Part shown: positions 18,766 through 27,755 of the stretch, piece after piece
Numbering within the stretch: the stretch's first letter is position 1
Layout of the letters: every line of letters starts with the position of its first letter
Source of the DNA: an uncultured bacterium
GTDB lineage: Bacteria > T1Sed10-126
Assembly: GCA_964566495.1 (NCBI GenBank)
Contig: CAZMIT010000003.1
Span: forward strand, 1 to 42,511
Length of the DNA: 42,511 nt
Reading direction: 5' to 3'
The notes under the pieces: model-generated
Told to the model about the DNA's origin: nothing
What the model saw: only the letters and a program-made list of their open reading frames with translations
Database searches by the model: none
Made by a program: the position numbers and the translations under genes

Positions 18766-18945
18766 TAACGTCCCACCGACCCATCACACGTCGACCTACC
18801 GTTCGTCAGTGCGGACCCCAATCCGCTCTTGACTTAATTCCTCTCCCCCCGAGGGAGAGGACACAGGTGAGGGGGGAACTTGATCTTGACCTCACGCCCG
18901 TCATGGCGGGAACGTATAACGTCCCAGGGCTTGACCCGCAATCCA
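18766..18945. repeat. Mosaic of palindromic repeat modules
   Basis: GTCAGTGCGGACCCCAATCCGC; CCTCTCCCCCCGAGGGAGAGG...GTGAGGGGGG; REP stem GTCATGGCG...GGCTTGACCCGCAATCC interrupted by a 19-bp insert at 18909-18927. Confidence 0.8.
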
Positions 18946-19059
18946 TTTTTTATGATTTCAGAACTTTCCCCGGCTATTATTTTACTACATTTCCTGTTTT
19001 GTTCAATTGTTGAACCCCCATCCTTCCGCTATTGGACATGAAACTTCAGAAGAAGTTGC

Positions 19060-19088
19060 TTGTTTGACTGACCCGGTTATCGTAGAAT
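19060..19088 (+). promoter_or_regulatory. Putative sigma70 promoter of the serine hydrolase
   Basis: TTGTTT-17 bp-TAGAAT upstream of the CDS. Confidence 0.4.
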
Positions 19089-19152
19089 ATTTGGCAGAAA
19101 CATGAATCTTACCAGCTTAATTTGATAAATCTCCAACCGGGAATTTATAAAA

Positions 19153-20277
19153 TTGATACTAACAGATTATCTTGCTTTGAATTCTGACAAATCATCTTCC
19201 CGACAGAGAGTAATTTTCTCCATCACTCTCTGCCTGCTCCTGCTAACCGGGACCCTATTTTCCGGCTGCTCACCTGAACAGGAGGATACCCAAACCGGAA
19301 AAGCTCCCACGGTCGAGGAAGAAGAGCCGCAGTTTACCGATTTTTCAGACACCGACCTCGTTAACATCCGCTCAAGCGCCAAAAACCTGGAGCCGCTTAC
19401 CAGTCTGCTAATTGCACGAGAAAATGAAATTATTCTTGAACACTACCAGAATGACTTCGCGCCGGGGGACGGAGTTAATGTCAAGTCTGCCTCGAAAAGT
19501 ATCCTTTCGGCTCTGGTTGGAATTGCTCTCCAGGAGGGGGATCTTGAGAGTTTAGAAGCAACAGTTGGTGATTTTTTCCCCGAGAAATTACAAAATAGCT
19601 CTGAAAAACGTAAAAATATAACCGTTCGTAACCTGCTTTTAATGCGCTCCGGCCTACAGACGACCAGTTTTGATAACTACGGTCACTGGACCGCCAGTAG
19701 CAACTGGCTAAATTACGCTCTCAACCAGCCGTTTGAGGCAACTCCCGGGGAGGAAACCGAATACAGCACCGGTGACTCCCACATTCTGGCCGCCCTGCTT
19801 ACCCGCGCGACCGGCCGCGACCTCAAGGACTACGCTCAACAACACCTCTTCGATCCATTAAATGTCTTAATCCACCACTGGCAGAGAAGCCCCGAGGGCT
19901 ACCGGTTCGGCGGCAACAACCTGACCATCTCCCCGCGGGGAATGCTCCGCCTCGGCAAACTTTACCTGAACGACGGCCGCTGGCAGGGGGAGCAGCTTAT
20001 AGCATCTGATTGGGTAGAAGAATCAACGCGGGCTCACGTTGAAGACACTTTTCACAGCTATCCCTACGGCTATTACTGGTGGAACAACAACTATCGCGAC
20101 CTGGATGCCTTCTTTGCCTGGGGCTACGGCGGCCAGTTTATCTTTGTTATACCGGAGTTGGAAATGGTCATAGTTACGACCACAAACCTGCACTCTACTC
20201 CCAACGCTCGTGATTTCGTCGACTCGATTCACGAACTGCTGAGAGAAGATATTATTTCCCGCACTTTAAAACCCTGA
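19153..20277 (+). CDS. Serine hydrolase lipoprotein (beta-lactamase class C-like family)
   Basis: Lipobox-like LFSGC, SASK (SxxK), NLLLMRSGL, YST, YGYYWW, AWGYGGQFIFVIP. Confidence 0.88.
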   Translation: MILTDYLALNSDKSSSRQRVIFSITLCLLLLTGTLFSGCSPEQEDTQTGKAPTVEEEEPQFTDFSDTDLVNIRSSAKNLEPLTSLLIARENEIILEHYQNDFAPGDGVNVKSASKSILSALVGIALQEGDLESLEATVGDFFPEKLQNSSEKRKNITVRNLLLMRSGLQTTSFDNYGHWTASSNWLNYALNQPFEATPGEETEYSTGDSHILAALLTRATGRDLKDYAQQHLFDPLNVLIHHWQRSPEGYRFGGNNLTISPRGMLRLGKLYLNDGRWQGEQLIASDWVEESTRAHVEDTFHSYPYGYYWWNNNYRDLDAFFAWGYGGQFIFVIPELEMVIVTTTNLHSTPNARDFVDSIHELLREDIISRTLKP

Positions 20278-20348
20278 ATTTGGGCATTTCTCCCAGATAA
20301 TACAAATTCTAATCCTTAAGTTTCTTAACAACTTTACCTCCGAGGCAG

Positions 20349-21746
20349 TCAGTGTATTTCTTCGATAAAGTCGGCCAGCTTGTTTTTAGTAATCCGCGGG
20401 TTAGTAATGGTACACGGCCCACCGATACAGCCGTTTTCACAGGCCATTCCCTCGATAAAATCCGCCTCTTCAACCATATTTTTGAGTTTCGAGGCCATCT
20501 TGTTCTCAATACCGTTTACTTTGTCAGTCTCGAAGTCCCCGGGGGTGTCAAGAAAGTTTTGCACTGATTCCGTCAAACCGCCCGACTTTGCGAACAGCCA
20601 GCCCCTGTAATCGCCCGACACGTCGGGGGCGGTCTCTTCGCAGGAGGACACGTCCACCTCCTTCGCGGCCAGCATACTGGCCAGCTCCTCGTAAGTGAGA
20701 ACGTAATCTACCTCACTCGTCTCGGCCTCCTGTTTCTTGCTTATACAGGGGCCTATAAAAACAAGCTTCTCACCGGATTTTTTGGCTTGCCCGGCCGCCC
20801 TCATCGGACTGGCGGTTTTGGAAATGTTCTCCTCAAATTCAGAAGCAATCTTTTCAACGTAGTAAACCCAGGAGGGACAACAGGAAGAGAGCAGCGTTGC
20901 CTCGTTTTCCTCAAGCTCCCCGGCCTCCTTTTCCGCCGTCTCGGCGGCGTAGCTGGCCAGTTCATAAACCCTGTCAAACCCAATTTTCTTAAGCGCCGTA
21001 GCAAGTTCGGGTACTGTGGCCTTCACCGAAAACTGGGCGACGATGGAAGGGGCCAGCAGTGCGGTTAATTCTTCCCCCTCCTTCAACTCTTTTATCACCG
21101 TCATCATGTCCGATTTTTCCACGATTGCCCCAAACGGACAGCCCGCCAGGCACCTGCCGCAGAGAATACAGCGATCGTAGTCTATTTGCGCTATCCCCTG
21201 CTCGTCCGTCTGGATCGCCTCAACCGGACAGGCGTCCTCGCAGGGTCGGTTTACCTGGATGATAGCGTTGAAGGGACAATTTTGAACGCAGAGTCCACAT
21301 TCAACGCACTCGTCTTCATCGATCTTAGCCCGCTCGTTTTCAATTGTAATAGCGTCTTTAGGACAGTTCAAAGCACAGGGGTGGGCCAGGCAGTGCTGAC
21401 AGGCCTCGGTCACGTAATAACGCTGCTGGGGACAGCCGTTGCAGGCCTCCTCCAGGACGGATAATGGCGGCAGGTCGTCGGTCTTTCCCTCGATAAAATC
21501 CTCGTAGGTCTTCAACCAGGAGACGTTCTTGTATTCCTCGTGATCCAGGTTCAGGAGGATCTTTAGCCGGTCGTTTGTTATCTCCCGGTCGTGGTACACA
21601 CAACACCTGAAGGGCTGGGCCGCGTCGGGAGTAATCTTTTCGGCAATGTCCCGAATATCCTCCCGCAGGCTCCCCTCGAACATCTTTTTGGAAATAAGAG
21701 TCAGTATTTTACGCTTGATTATCTCAATTTCGGTACTGTAGCTCAT
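20349..21746 (-). CDS. Monomeric [FeFe]-hydrogenase, group B-like (HfsD-like)
   Basis: H-cluster motifs SSCCPSW, GPCISKKQE, EGMACENGCIGG; several ferredoxin-type Cys motifs (CVECGLCVQNCP, CILCGRCLAGCP). Confidence 0.92.
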   Translation of the reverse strand: MSYSTEIEIIKRKILTLISKKMFEGSLREDIRDIAEKITPDAAQPFRCCVYHDREITNDRLKILLNLDHEEYKNVSWLKTYEDFIEGKTDDLPPLSVLEEACNGCPQQRYYVTEACQHCLAHPCALNCPKDAITIENERAKIDEDECVECGLCVQNCPFNAIIQVNRPCEDACPVEAIQTDEQGIAQIDYDRCILCGRCLAGCPFGAIVEKSDMMTVIKELKEGEELTALLAPSIVAQFSVKATVPELATALKKIGFDRVYELASYAAETAEKEAGELEENEATLLSSCCPSWVYYVEKIASEFEENISKTASPMRAAGQAKKSGEKLVFIGPCISKKQEAETSEVDYVLTYEELASMLAAKEVDVSSCEETAPDVSGDYRGWLFAKSGGLTESVQNFLDTPGDFETDKVNGIENKMASKLKNMVEEADFIEGMACENGCIGGPCTITNPRITKNKLADFIEEIH

Positions 21747-21752
21747 TGCTCT

Positions 21753-21986
21753 CTACCCCTGGTCCAGAATTTTTTTCAGCTTCTCTATGGTGACGTCGTC
21801 ATGTATCTCATCGTCGACCTCGACGATGGGCGCCTCGTAGTCCGCCTGGTTGCAGTAGTCCAGACAGCTGGGAGTCTCCAGTTCAAAGTCAAGAGCGGTT
21901 TTTTCCCGTTGCTCTTCCAGGAAGTTATACAGGTCCGAGCCCCCCATCAGGTGACAGCAAGTTCCAAGACATATCCTTATCTTCAT
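21753..21986 (-). CDS. Thioredoxin-like [2Fe-2S] (NuoE-like) small protein
   Basis: ICLGTCCHLMGG...CLDYC....APIVEVD. Confidence 0.85.
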   Translation of the reverse strand: MKIRICLGTCCHLMGGSDLYNFLEEQREKTALDFELETPSCLDYCNQADYEAPIVEVDDEIHDDVTIEKLKKILDQG

Positions 21987-22028
21987 CTGATCTACCCCTT
22001 TTTTAAATTTTGGTGGTTCTCCGGCATG

Positions 22029-23213
22029 TTAAATATATTCTATTTCTACTTTCTTAAGGTATTTATCCCGGAGCAACTCCGCCATTTTTTTGACCACGTT
22101 CTTGCGCAACCCCAGGTCCTCCGGAATATTGGGGTTCTGGTGCACCTCGTTAATTTTAGTGCCGACGACAAACTTGATGGAGTCCGAGTCTTTGAGCATA
22201 TTGTAGAGCTTATAGCCGGGATGATCCCTGTCTACCTCGTCCGGTCCGCCGGCCTCCAGGTACTCGATCGCCCGGCTCATTGTCAGGATGCCCTCGGCAA
22301 CCAGGTCCAGACCCTCTATTTCAGAATCCGGAGGGATGTCCTTGTCGATGCTGTCCAGGTTCACGCTGATCTCCTTGTCGGCCAGCCGGGCGTAAATTTT
22401 GCTCGTGGTGCCACCGCAGATTATTTTTTTACCGTCGAATTGCTCGACGGCGCGCTTGATTTTATAGTCGTTTGACTTATCGACCGGGGGACCGGTTATC
22501 AGCAGTGTTCGCCGCGGGCGGCGAAAATAAAAACAGGCACTGGTAATGTCGTCCTTGGCCTCTCCGCCGTCAATCTCGTGGGCTTCGTCAACCAGGAAGT
22601 TGGATAATTCCCGGGCCGAGGCGTCCTTCAACCTGCGCATCCGTTCCTTGACCGTCGAAGCTATCTTTTCTTCCGGCCAGCCGAGAGAGTAATTTTTGTT
22701 GCCTATCCCCGCCTGGCTCACGCCATCCGAAAAAACAACCAGGCGGTCCCCCAGTTCAATGTTGAATTGCGAGTAATAAAGGGTCTGGGACGTCCCAATC
22801 GGATTTTTCATGCCTACCTTACTTTTCTCCAGGGACTTCCGGTCCTGGTTTCGAAACAACATGAAACCCGGGTTGTCAAACTCCATTATTTCCACCCGGT
22901 TGTCTTTCAGATCAATATCGATAATAGTAAAGGTGGAATAACTTATTTTCCGTTCTTTACACTCCGGCAGAGTCTTCATAATCGTTTCGGCAGTATCTTT
23001 TATATCAACCGAATTACTGGTTAAATTCACCGAGATGGTGGTAGTTAGTGTCGCCAGCACGTTGGCTTTTATACCGCTCCCCAGGCCGTCGGCGAGAACG
23101 GAAACTATCCGGTCGTCCGTCTCCGCTTTTTCCGAGAGGAAAACGTCCCCCGGCACCTGCTTGTTATGCTTTGATATCTGGGCGTGATCGACCTCGACAA
23201 AAAAATCCGCCAC
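22029..23213 (-). CDS. SpoIIE/PP2C-like Ser/Thr phosphatase (HfsC-like)
   Basis: PGDVF, LADGLGSG, FSDGV, KDDIT. Confidence 0.9.
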   Translation of the reverse strand: MADFFVEVDHAQISKHNKQVPGDVFLSEKAETDDRIVSVLADGLGSGIKANVLATLTTTISVNLTSNSVDIKDTAETIMKTLPECKERKISYSTFTIIDIDLKDNRVEIMEFDNPGFMLFRNQDRKSLEKSKVGMKNPIGTSQTLYYSQFNIELGDRLVVFSDGVSQAGIGNKNYSLGWPEEKIASTVKERMRRLKDASARELSNFLVDEAHEIDGGEAKDDITSACFYFRRPRRTLLITGPPVDKSNDYKIKRAVEQFDGKKIICGGTTSKIYARLADKEISVNLDSIDKDIPPDSEIEGLDLVAEGILTMSRAIEYLEAGGPDEVDRDHPGYKLYNMLKDSDSIKFVVGTKINEVHQNPNIPEDLGLRKNVVKKMAELLRDKYLKKVEIEYI

Positions 23214-23215
23214 GC

Positions 23216-24922
23216 TTATTTACCGTCCTCGAAAGCCTCGATCACGGAGTTCATCAGGACCTCCGTCTCCGAAGCGTTTTCCCCCAGCAAGTAGGCGATC
23301 TCCTGGACCATGTTCAGATTTTTGCTGATAACTTCCTCCGCTTTCTGGACGACCTGCTCACGTTTCATCGATGGTTCGGTAATATCCTGGCAGATAAAAC
23401 CAACACTCCTACCCGTTTCAATTACAAAGGCCGAGTAGAACAAAACCCGGTCGTTGAACCTCAGTTCCTCGCCAATTATGTCCTCGTTTGTCTCCAGGAC
23501 TTTTTCAAAAATATGATCAAAGGGCACCAGCTTCCTCAAGTTGGCGTTTTTCATGCCCGGCACAGTGTCAAAAATTTCCAAAATATCCTCCCCCAGCAAG
23601 CTGGCAAATCTCCGGTTGCATTCAATCACCCGCAGGTCCTGGTCCGCGATAACCACGCCCGAGGGCATTGTCTTCAGCAGAGCATTGGCCGTCTTCTGTG
23701 CCTTGTTTCTCATGTATGAGACACACATGTCGGTCTCCGCCTTATCGTCCAGGAGGGCCTCCGCAAAATCACGGCAGGAGTCATAGCCACAGCCCCCACA
23801 GTTCAGCTCGTCCTCCTCTTCTTCCTTGCCAATGCGCGACAGGGCCTCACTAATTTCCTGTTCGGAATAACTTGACGCCTCGACCGGCTCAACTCCGTAA
23901 TCAAAGCTGACGTCCAGCTCAGTGTCCGAGCCTATTCTCTCCGGCTCGTAGGTTGAATTGGAAATCACGGACAATTTCTTCGAGACGATGTTGCTCTCGG
24001 AATCAGCCACCGGTCCGTTCACGCACCCCCCCGAGCAGGCAAGCAACTCAATAAAAAGCTTTTGGTCAAGTTCCCTGCTCCCCAGGCTATCGAGAATATC
24101 CTGGACCGGTTTCATACCGGAAAAACTCATGAAGTTTAAATCATTAACCGCACAATTTTCCTTAACTCCGGCAATCATCCCCCCGTCCACCGGGTAGAGT
24201 CGACCATTCTTGGCCGTGGAAGGGATAAAATCATCCTCCGGCTCGGACTGCAAACGATCCGGCTTAATTCCCTCCTCTTCAAACCAGCTCCTTAAGTCGG
24301 CAAAAGTCAGACAGACGTCAAAGGCTTCGTAACGCTCCACTTCAATTTTTTTCGCCACACAGGGACCAATAAAAACGATGCTGACCTCCTCGCCGAACTT
24401 GTCTTTCAAAAGCCGGGAGTGGGCGACTACCGGGGTCATGACGTTGGCCAGGTTTGACCTCAGTTGAGGCTTGTATTTCCTGATGTATTCGACTACGGAA
24501 GGGCAGGCCGTCGACAACAGGAGGCGGTCTTCGCCCCGGTTAAACTCCCTGTGAATGGCCGAGGAGACAAGTTCCGCTCCAAGCGCCGTCTCCGAGACAC
24601 CATGAAACCCCAGCTTCTTCAGACCGGTCACCAGCCGCTCCGCTTCCCCCCCATCAAATTCACTGGTGAACGAGGGCGCCAGGGAGACGATAACCTTCTC
24701 CTCCTCTTTTATTAGCTGCCCCGCTTCCTCAATATCTGAACGTATATTTTTGGAATTGTTAGGGCAGGCCGATATACACTTCCCGCAGAGGATACAACGC
24801 TCGGAGATGACGTCGGCGTGGTTGTCCTCGATCATAATTGCCTTGACCGGGCAGTTGCGCACACATTTGAAACAGTCCTGGCAGTCGGTCGCCTCGGTGT
24901 GGATAGGATATTCTCTGCTCAT
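23216..24922 (-). CDS. Putative sensory [FeFe]-hydrogenase with PAS domain (group C, HydS/HfsB-like)
   Basis: N-terminal 2x[4Fe-4S]; STACP (Ala in place of the proton-transfer Cys), GPCVAKK, ELLACSGGCVNG; FeS motif CGGCGYDSC; C-terminal PAS domain. Confidence 0.92.
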   Translation of the reverse strand: MSREYPIHTEATDCQDCFKCVRNCPVKAIMIEDNHADVISERCILCGKCISACPNNSKNIRSDIEEAGQLIKEEEKVIVSLAPSFTSEFDGGEAERLVTGLKKLGFHGVSETALGAELVSSAIHREFNRGEDRLLLSTACPSVVEYIRKYKPQLRSNLANVMTPVVAHSRLLKDKFGEEVSIVFIGPCVAKKIEVERYEAFDVCLTFADLRSWFEEEGIKPDRLQSEPEDDFIPSTAKNGRLYPVDGGMIAGVKENCAVNDLNFMSFSGMKPVQDILDSLGSRELDQKLFIELLACSGGCVNGPVADSESNIVSKKLSVISNSTYEPERIGSDTELDVSFDYGVEPVEASSYSEQEISEALSRIGKEEEEDELNCGGCGYDSCRDFAEALLDDKAETDMCVSYMRNKAQKTANALLKTMPSGVVIADQDLRVIECNRRFASLLGEDILEIFDTVPGMKNANLRKLVPFDHIFEKVLETNEDIIGEELRFNDRVLFYSAFVIETGRSVGFICQDITEPSMKREQVVQKAEEVISKNLNMVQEIAYLLGENASETEVLMNSVIEAFEDGK

Positions 24923-25152
24923 AATTTCTCCCTCAATATCTGCAGGATATTCTCCTCGGTAACTCCAGATACCTTTTCGCCGTTAATTCTAACGTGCGGC
25001 CCGTTCATGCAGTCGTCCTCGCACAGGGAGCCTTCAATTTCAGCCTGTATATCCCTGTCTTCAACGTATTTTTTTATGATGTCAACATTCCTGTTGTTCC
25101 CCCGGGTGAAACAGGAGCTTCCCATGCAGAGAACAATTTTGTTGTCAGCCAT
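24919..25152 (-). CDS. Thioredoxin-like [2Fe-2S] protein (HfsA-like)
   Basis: LCMGSSCFTRGN...GSLCEDDCMNGPHVRING. ATG at 25152 follows GAGGT. Confidence 0.9.
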   Translation of the reverse strand: MADNKIVLCMGSSCFTRGNNRNVDIIKKYVEDRDIQAEIEGSLCEDDCMNGPHVRINGEKVSGVTEENILQILREKL

Positions 25153-25445
25153 GGCTAAAACCTCACCTGGATTAAGAAACAATTTTTATAAGTCTTCAGG
25201 TCACACACCGGCGATAGCTTCTCTTCAACCGGACCTGCTGTCTTAAGGTCGAATTTTCGCAACGGATTGAGAGGCACAAGTAATCAGTCTGTAAAATTGA
25301 AGGTATGATATCTTAATTAGACTCGTTATAAAAGCGATCTACTAAATTTTTTGACAATTTAACCCGCGCTTAATATACACAAGTTTTCCTTGATCAAATA
25401 TATAGAGACGAAAAGATTGTATTCGAGGAAAAACCGCAAATATAG

Positions 25446-26021
25446 TCAAGATCCGCTTTGCCTTAATATCCAGTCCACGGCAGCGGGTAAAGCTGTAGCT
25501 ATGTAATCTGGTTTGACGTCCCCTTTTTCTTCCAGTTTCTGGGCCTCGGACTCACCCTTGCCTGTGCGCACGAGAATCGAGCGGCAGCCGGCTCGGCGAC
25601 CCGCCCTGACGTCGGAAAGCTTATCACCGATCATAAACGAGCTCTCCAGCTCAATATCGTGCTCCTCAGCCGCTTCTAACAGCATCCCCGGGGCCGGTTT
25701 GCGCCGCTCAAGTCCGCGTCGGTATCGCTCTTTTTTGGCTTCGGGATGGGCCGGACAGTAGTAGATGTCCAGCGGACTTACTCCACAAGAGTTAAGCATC
25801 TCTCGCAAGTGCTCATGCATTTTCTCAACGGTAGTTTCATCAAAATAGCCGCGGGCGACACCGGATTGATTGGTAACTATTACCAGTTCAAATCCAGCCT
25901 TCTCTATTTTCACCAGCGCTTCCGGGACTCCGTCGAAAAATTCAAGTTCCTCCGGCTCGGCGGGATAATCCTTGTCCACCACCAGCGTTCCGTCACGATC
26001 TATAAATACGACTTGCTTCAC
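25446..26021 (-). CDS. gmhB: D-glycero-D-manno-heptose-1,7-bisphosphate phosphatase
   Basis: FIDRDGTL, VTNQSGVARG, YCPAHP, RKPAPGML, MIGDKLSD; close to hldD. Confidence 0.9.
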   Translation of the reverse strand: MKQVVFIDRDGTLVVDKDYPAEPEELEFFDGVPEALVKIEKAGFELVIVTNQSGVARGYFDETTVEKMHEHLREMLNSCGVSPLDIYYCPAHPEAKKERYRRGLERRKPAPGMLLEAAEEHDIELESSFMIGDKLSDVRAGRRAGCRSILVRTGKGESEAQKLEEKGDVKPDYIATALPAAVDWILRQSGS

Positions 26022-26689
26022 GTCTCCCGTTCTCCTTTCAACACCGGATTAATGTCGGGGTCGTTATAGGTTTTAAACTGCCGGTAGATCTTGAATCGCT
26101 TGCGCCCCGACTCGAGGTCGTCAATCAACCGCAGGTAGGCACCATACAAATCATCCCGCTGTTCAGCCAGTAATTCCACTGTCTCACTATTTTTATCCAT
26201 CTCCCGGTAGTGATAAAGTTTTAAAGAGAGGATAGAAATCCGGTCAAGCATTAATCCAGGGGGCTCACTGTGGAGAGAAGCCGCCCCCCCTGTTTTTAAC
26301 TTTTGCTGCTTAAAAATCAGCTCGTCCAGCTCTTCCATGCAGTTGTTACGCTGCTGGTTAACAGCGTCGATACCCCGTTTTATGGTTACAATTTGTTCAG
26401 CGGTCGCCATCTCCGCACGAGCCTCCGTCTCAAAGTGCCAGATCGTATGGTTGGTCAGGTGAAGCCGGCGCAGTCTATTCACAAATGTATCTTCCACTTC
26501 AGAAAGCTGAAGCCGTTCCTTTACCAGCGGAAAGAACCGTTTCGCCACGTCAGAATACCAATCACCGTCAATATTTCTCCAGTCTTGCAGAAAATCAAGC
26601 AGCCGTGTGCGGGCTTGCTCGGGTGAAGGCGAGTTCCAGCTAACACTCCAGTTATCAAATTGATTCAGCTCCGGACGCATAGCAATCAC
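26018..26689 (-). CDS. DUF4254-family protein
   Basis: N..IWH.E..AR, KR.ID..NQQRN, SE.PG...DRISIL.LK.YH, YRQFKTYNDP..NP. Confidence 0.85.
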   Translation of the reverse strand: MIAMRPELNQFDNWSVSWNSPSPEQARTRLLDFLQDWRNIDGDWYSDVAKRFFPLVKERLQLSEVEDTFVNRLRRLHLTNHTIWHFETEARAEMATAEQIVTIKRGIDAVNQQRNNCMEELDELIFKQQKLKTGGAASLHSEPPGLMLDRISILSLKLYHYREMDKNSETVELLAEQRDDLYGAYLRLIDDLESGRKRFKIYRQFKTYNDPDINPVLKGERET

Positions 26690-26770
26690 TCCACTTTTAC
26701 TTTTATGTTTCCACCTGAGAGTTTACAATAAATACAATTTCACTAATAGTATAGAAAGGAGACGTTCAAA

Positions 26771-27745
26771 ATGATAGTAGTTACCGGTGGTGCCGGCTTC
26801 ATCGGCAGCGCAATTGTCTGGGAACTTAACAATCGTGGTTATCATGAAATTATGGTCGTGGATCGGCTGGGCACAGAAAAAAAATGGCGTAACTTACGCA
26901 ATCTGGAAATAGTCGACTACTGGGACAAGCAGGAGTTTCTCTCCATGGTTGGCAGCGACGACCTGCCGGTCGTGCCGGAAGCAATCCTCCACCTCGGCGC
27001 CTGCAGCGCCACCACCCAGGAGGACGCTGATTATCTGATGCGCAACAACTACCAGTACACCAAACACCTTGCTCGCTACGCACTTGAGCACGACAGCCGC
27101 TTCATTTACGCCTCCAGCGCTGCCACCTATGGAGACGGCGAGCTGGGCTACCGGGACGACCACAACTTGCTCAGTCAGCTTCGTCCGCTCAACAAATACG
27201 CTCTCTCCAAATATGTTTTTGACCTGCACGCCCTGCACAACGGCTGGCTGGATGACATCGTCGGACTTAAATACTTCAACGTCTACGGACCAAACGAATA
27301 CCACAAGGGCGAGATGCGCAGCGTTATTCACAAGAGTTTCGGACAGGCTCGGGAAAACAGTAAAATTCGCCTGTTTAAATCGCACCGTGAAGACTACAAG
27401 GACGGCGAGCAGAAACGAGATTTTCTTTACGTAAAAGATGCCGTCGACATGAGCCTCTTTTTCCTGGAGAACCCTGACGTCAACGGCATCTTCAACATCG
27501 GCTGTGGAGAGGCCCGCACCTTTAACCATCTCGCCCGGGCCGTATTTAAGACGCTGGATCTACCAGAAAAAGTCGAATACTTCGATATGCCGGCCGATAT
27601 AAGGGACCGCTACCAGTATTTTACTGAAGCCAATATTTCCAAGCTCAGAGAGGCTGGCTATGAGAAAGATATCTACTCCCTGGAAGAAGGAGTCACCGAC
27701 TACATTAACAACTATCTGTTGACTGACGACCCACACCTCGGATGA
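26771..27745 (+). CDS. hldD: ADP-L-glycero-D-manno-heptose 6-epimerase
   Basis: MIVVTGGAGFIGS, HLGACSAT, YASSAATYG, PLNKYALSK, YFNVYGPNEYHKG.M.S, YQYFTEA. Confidence 0.96.
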   Translation: MIVVTGGAGFIGSAIVWELNNRGYHEIMVVDRLGTEKKWRNLRNLEIVDYWDKQEFLSMVGSDDLPVVPEAILHLGACSATTQEDADYLMRNNYQYTKHLARYALEHDSRFIYASSAATYGDGELGYRDDHNLLSQLRPLNKYALSKYVFDLHALHNGWLDDIVGLKYFNVYGPNEYHKGEMRSVIHKSFGQARENSKIRLFKSHREDYKDGEQKRDFLYVKDAVDMSLFFLENPDVNGIFNIGCGEARTFNHLARAVFKTLDLPEKVEYFDMPADIRDRYQYFTEANISKLREAGYEKDIYSLEEGVTDYINNYLLTDDPHLG

Positions 27746-27755
27746 GTAGTTAAAT

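Noticed and set aside
21591..22475. 294-aa plus-strand ORF
   Set aside because: Antisense shadow of three well-supported hydrogenase-operon genes; no motifs.
25351..25379. TTGACA-17-TATACA promoter on the plus strand
   Set aside because: It points antisense into the gmhB 3' end within AT-rich DNA and cannot be told from chance.
26894..27529. 211-aa minus-strand ORF
   Set aside because: Antisense shadow of hldD.
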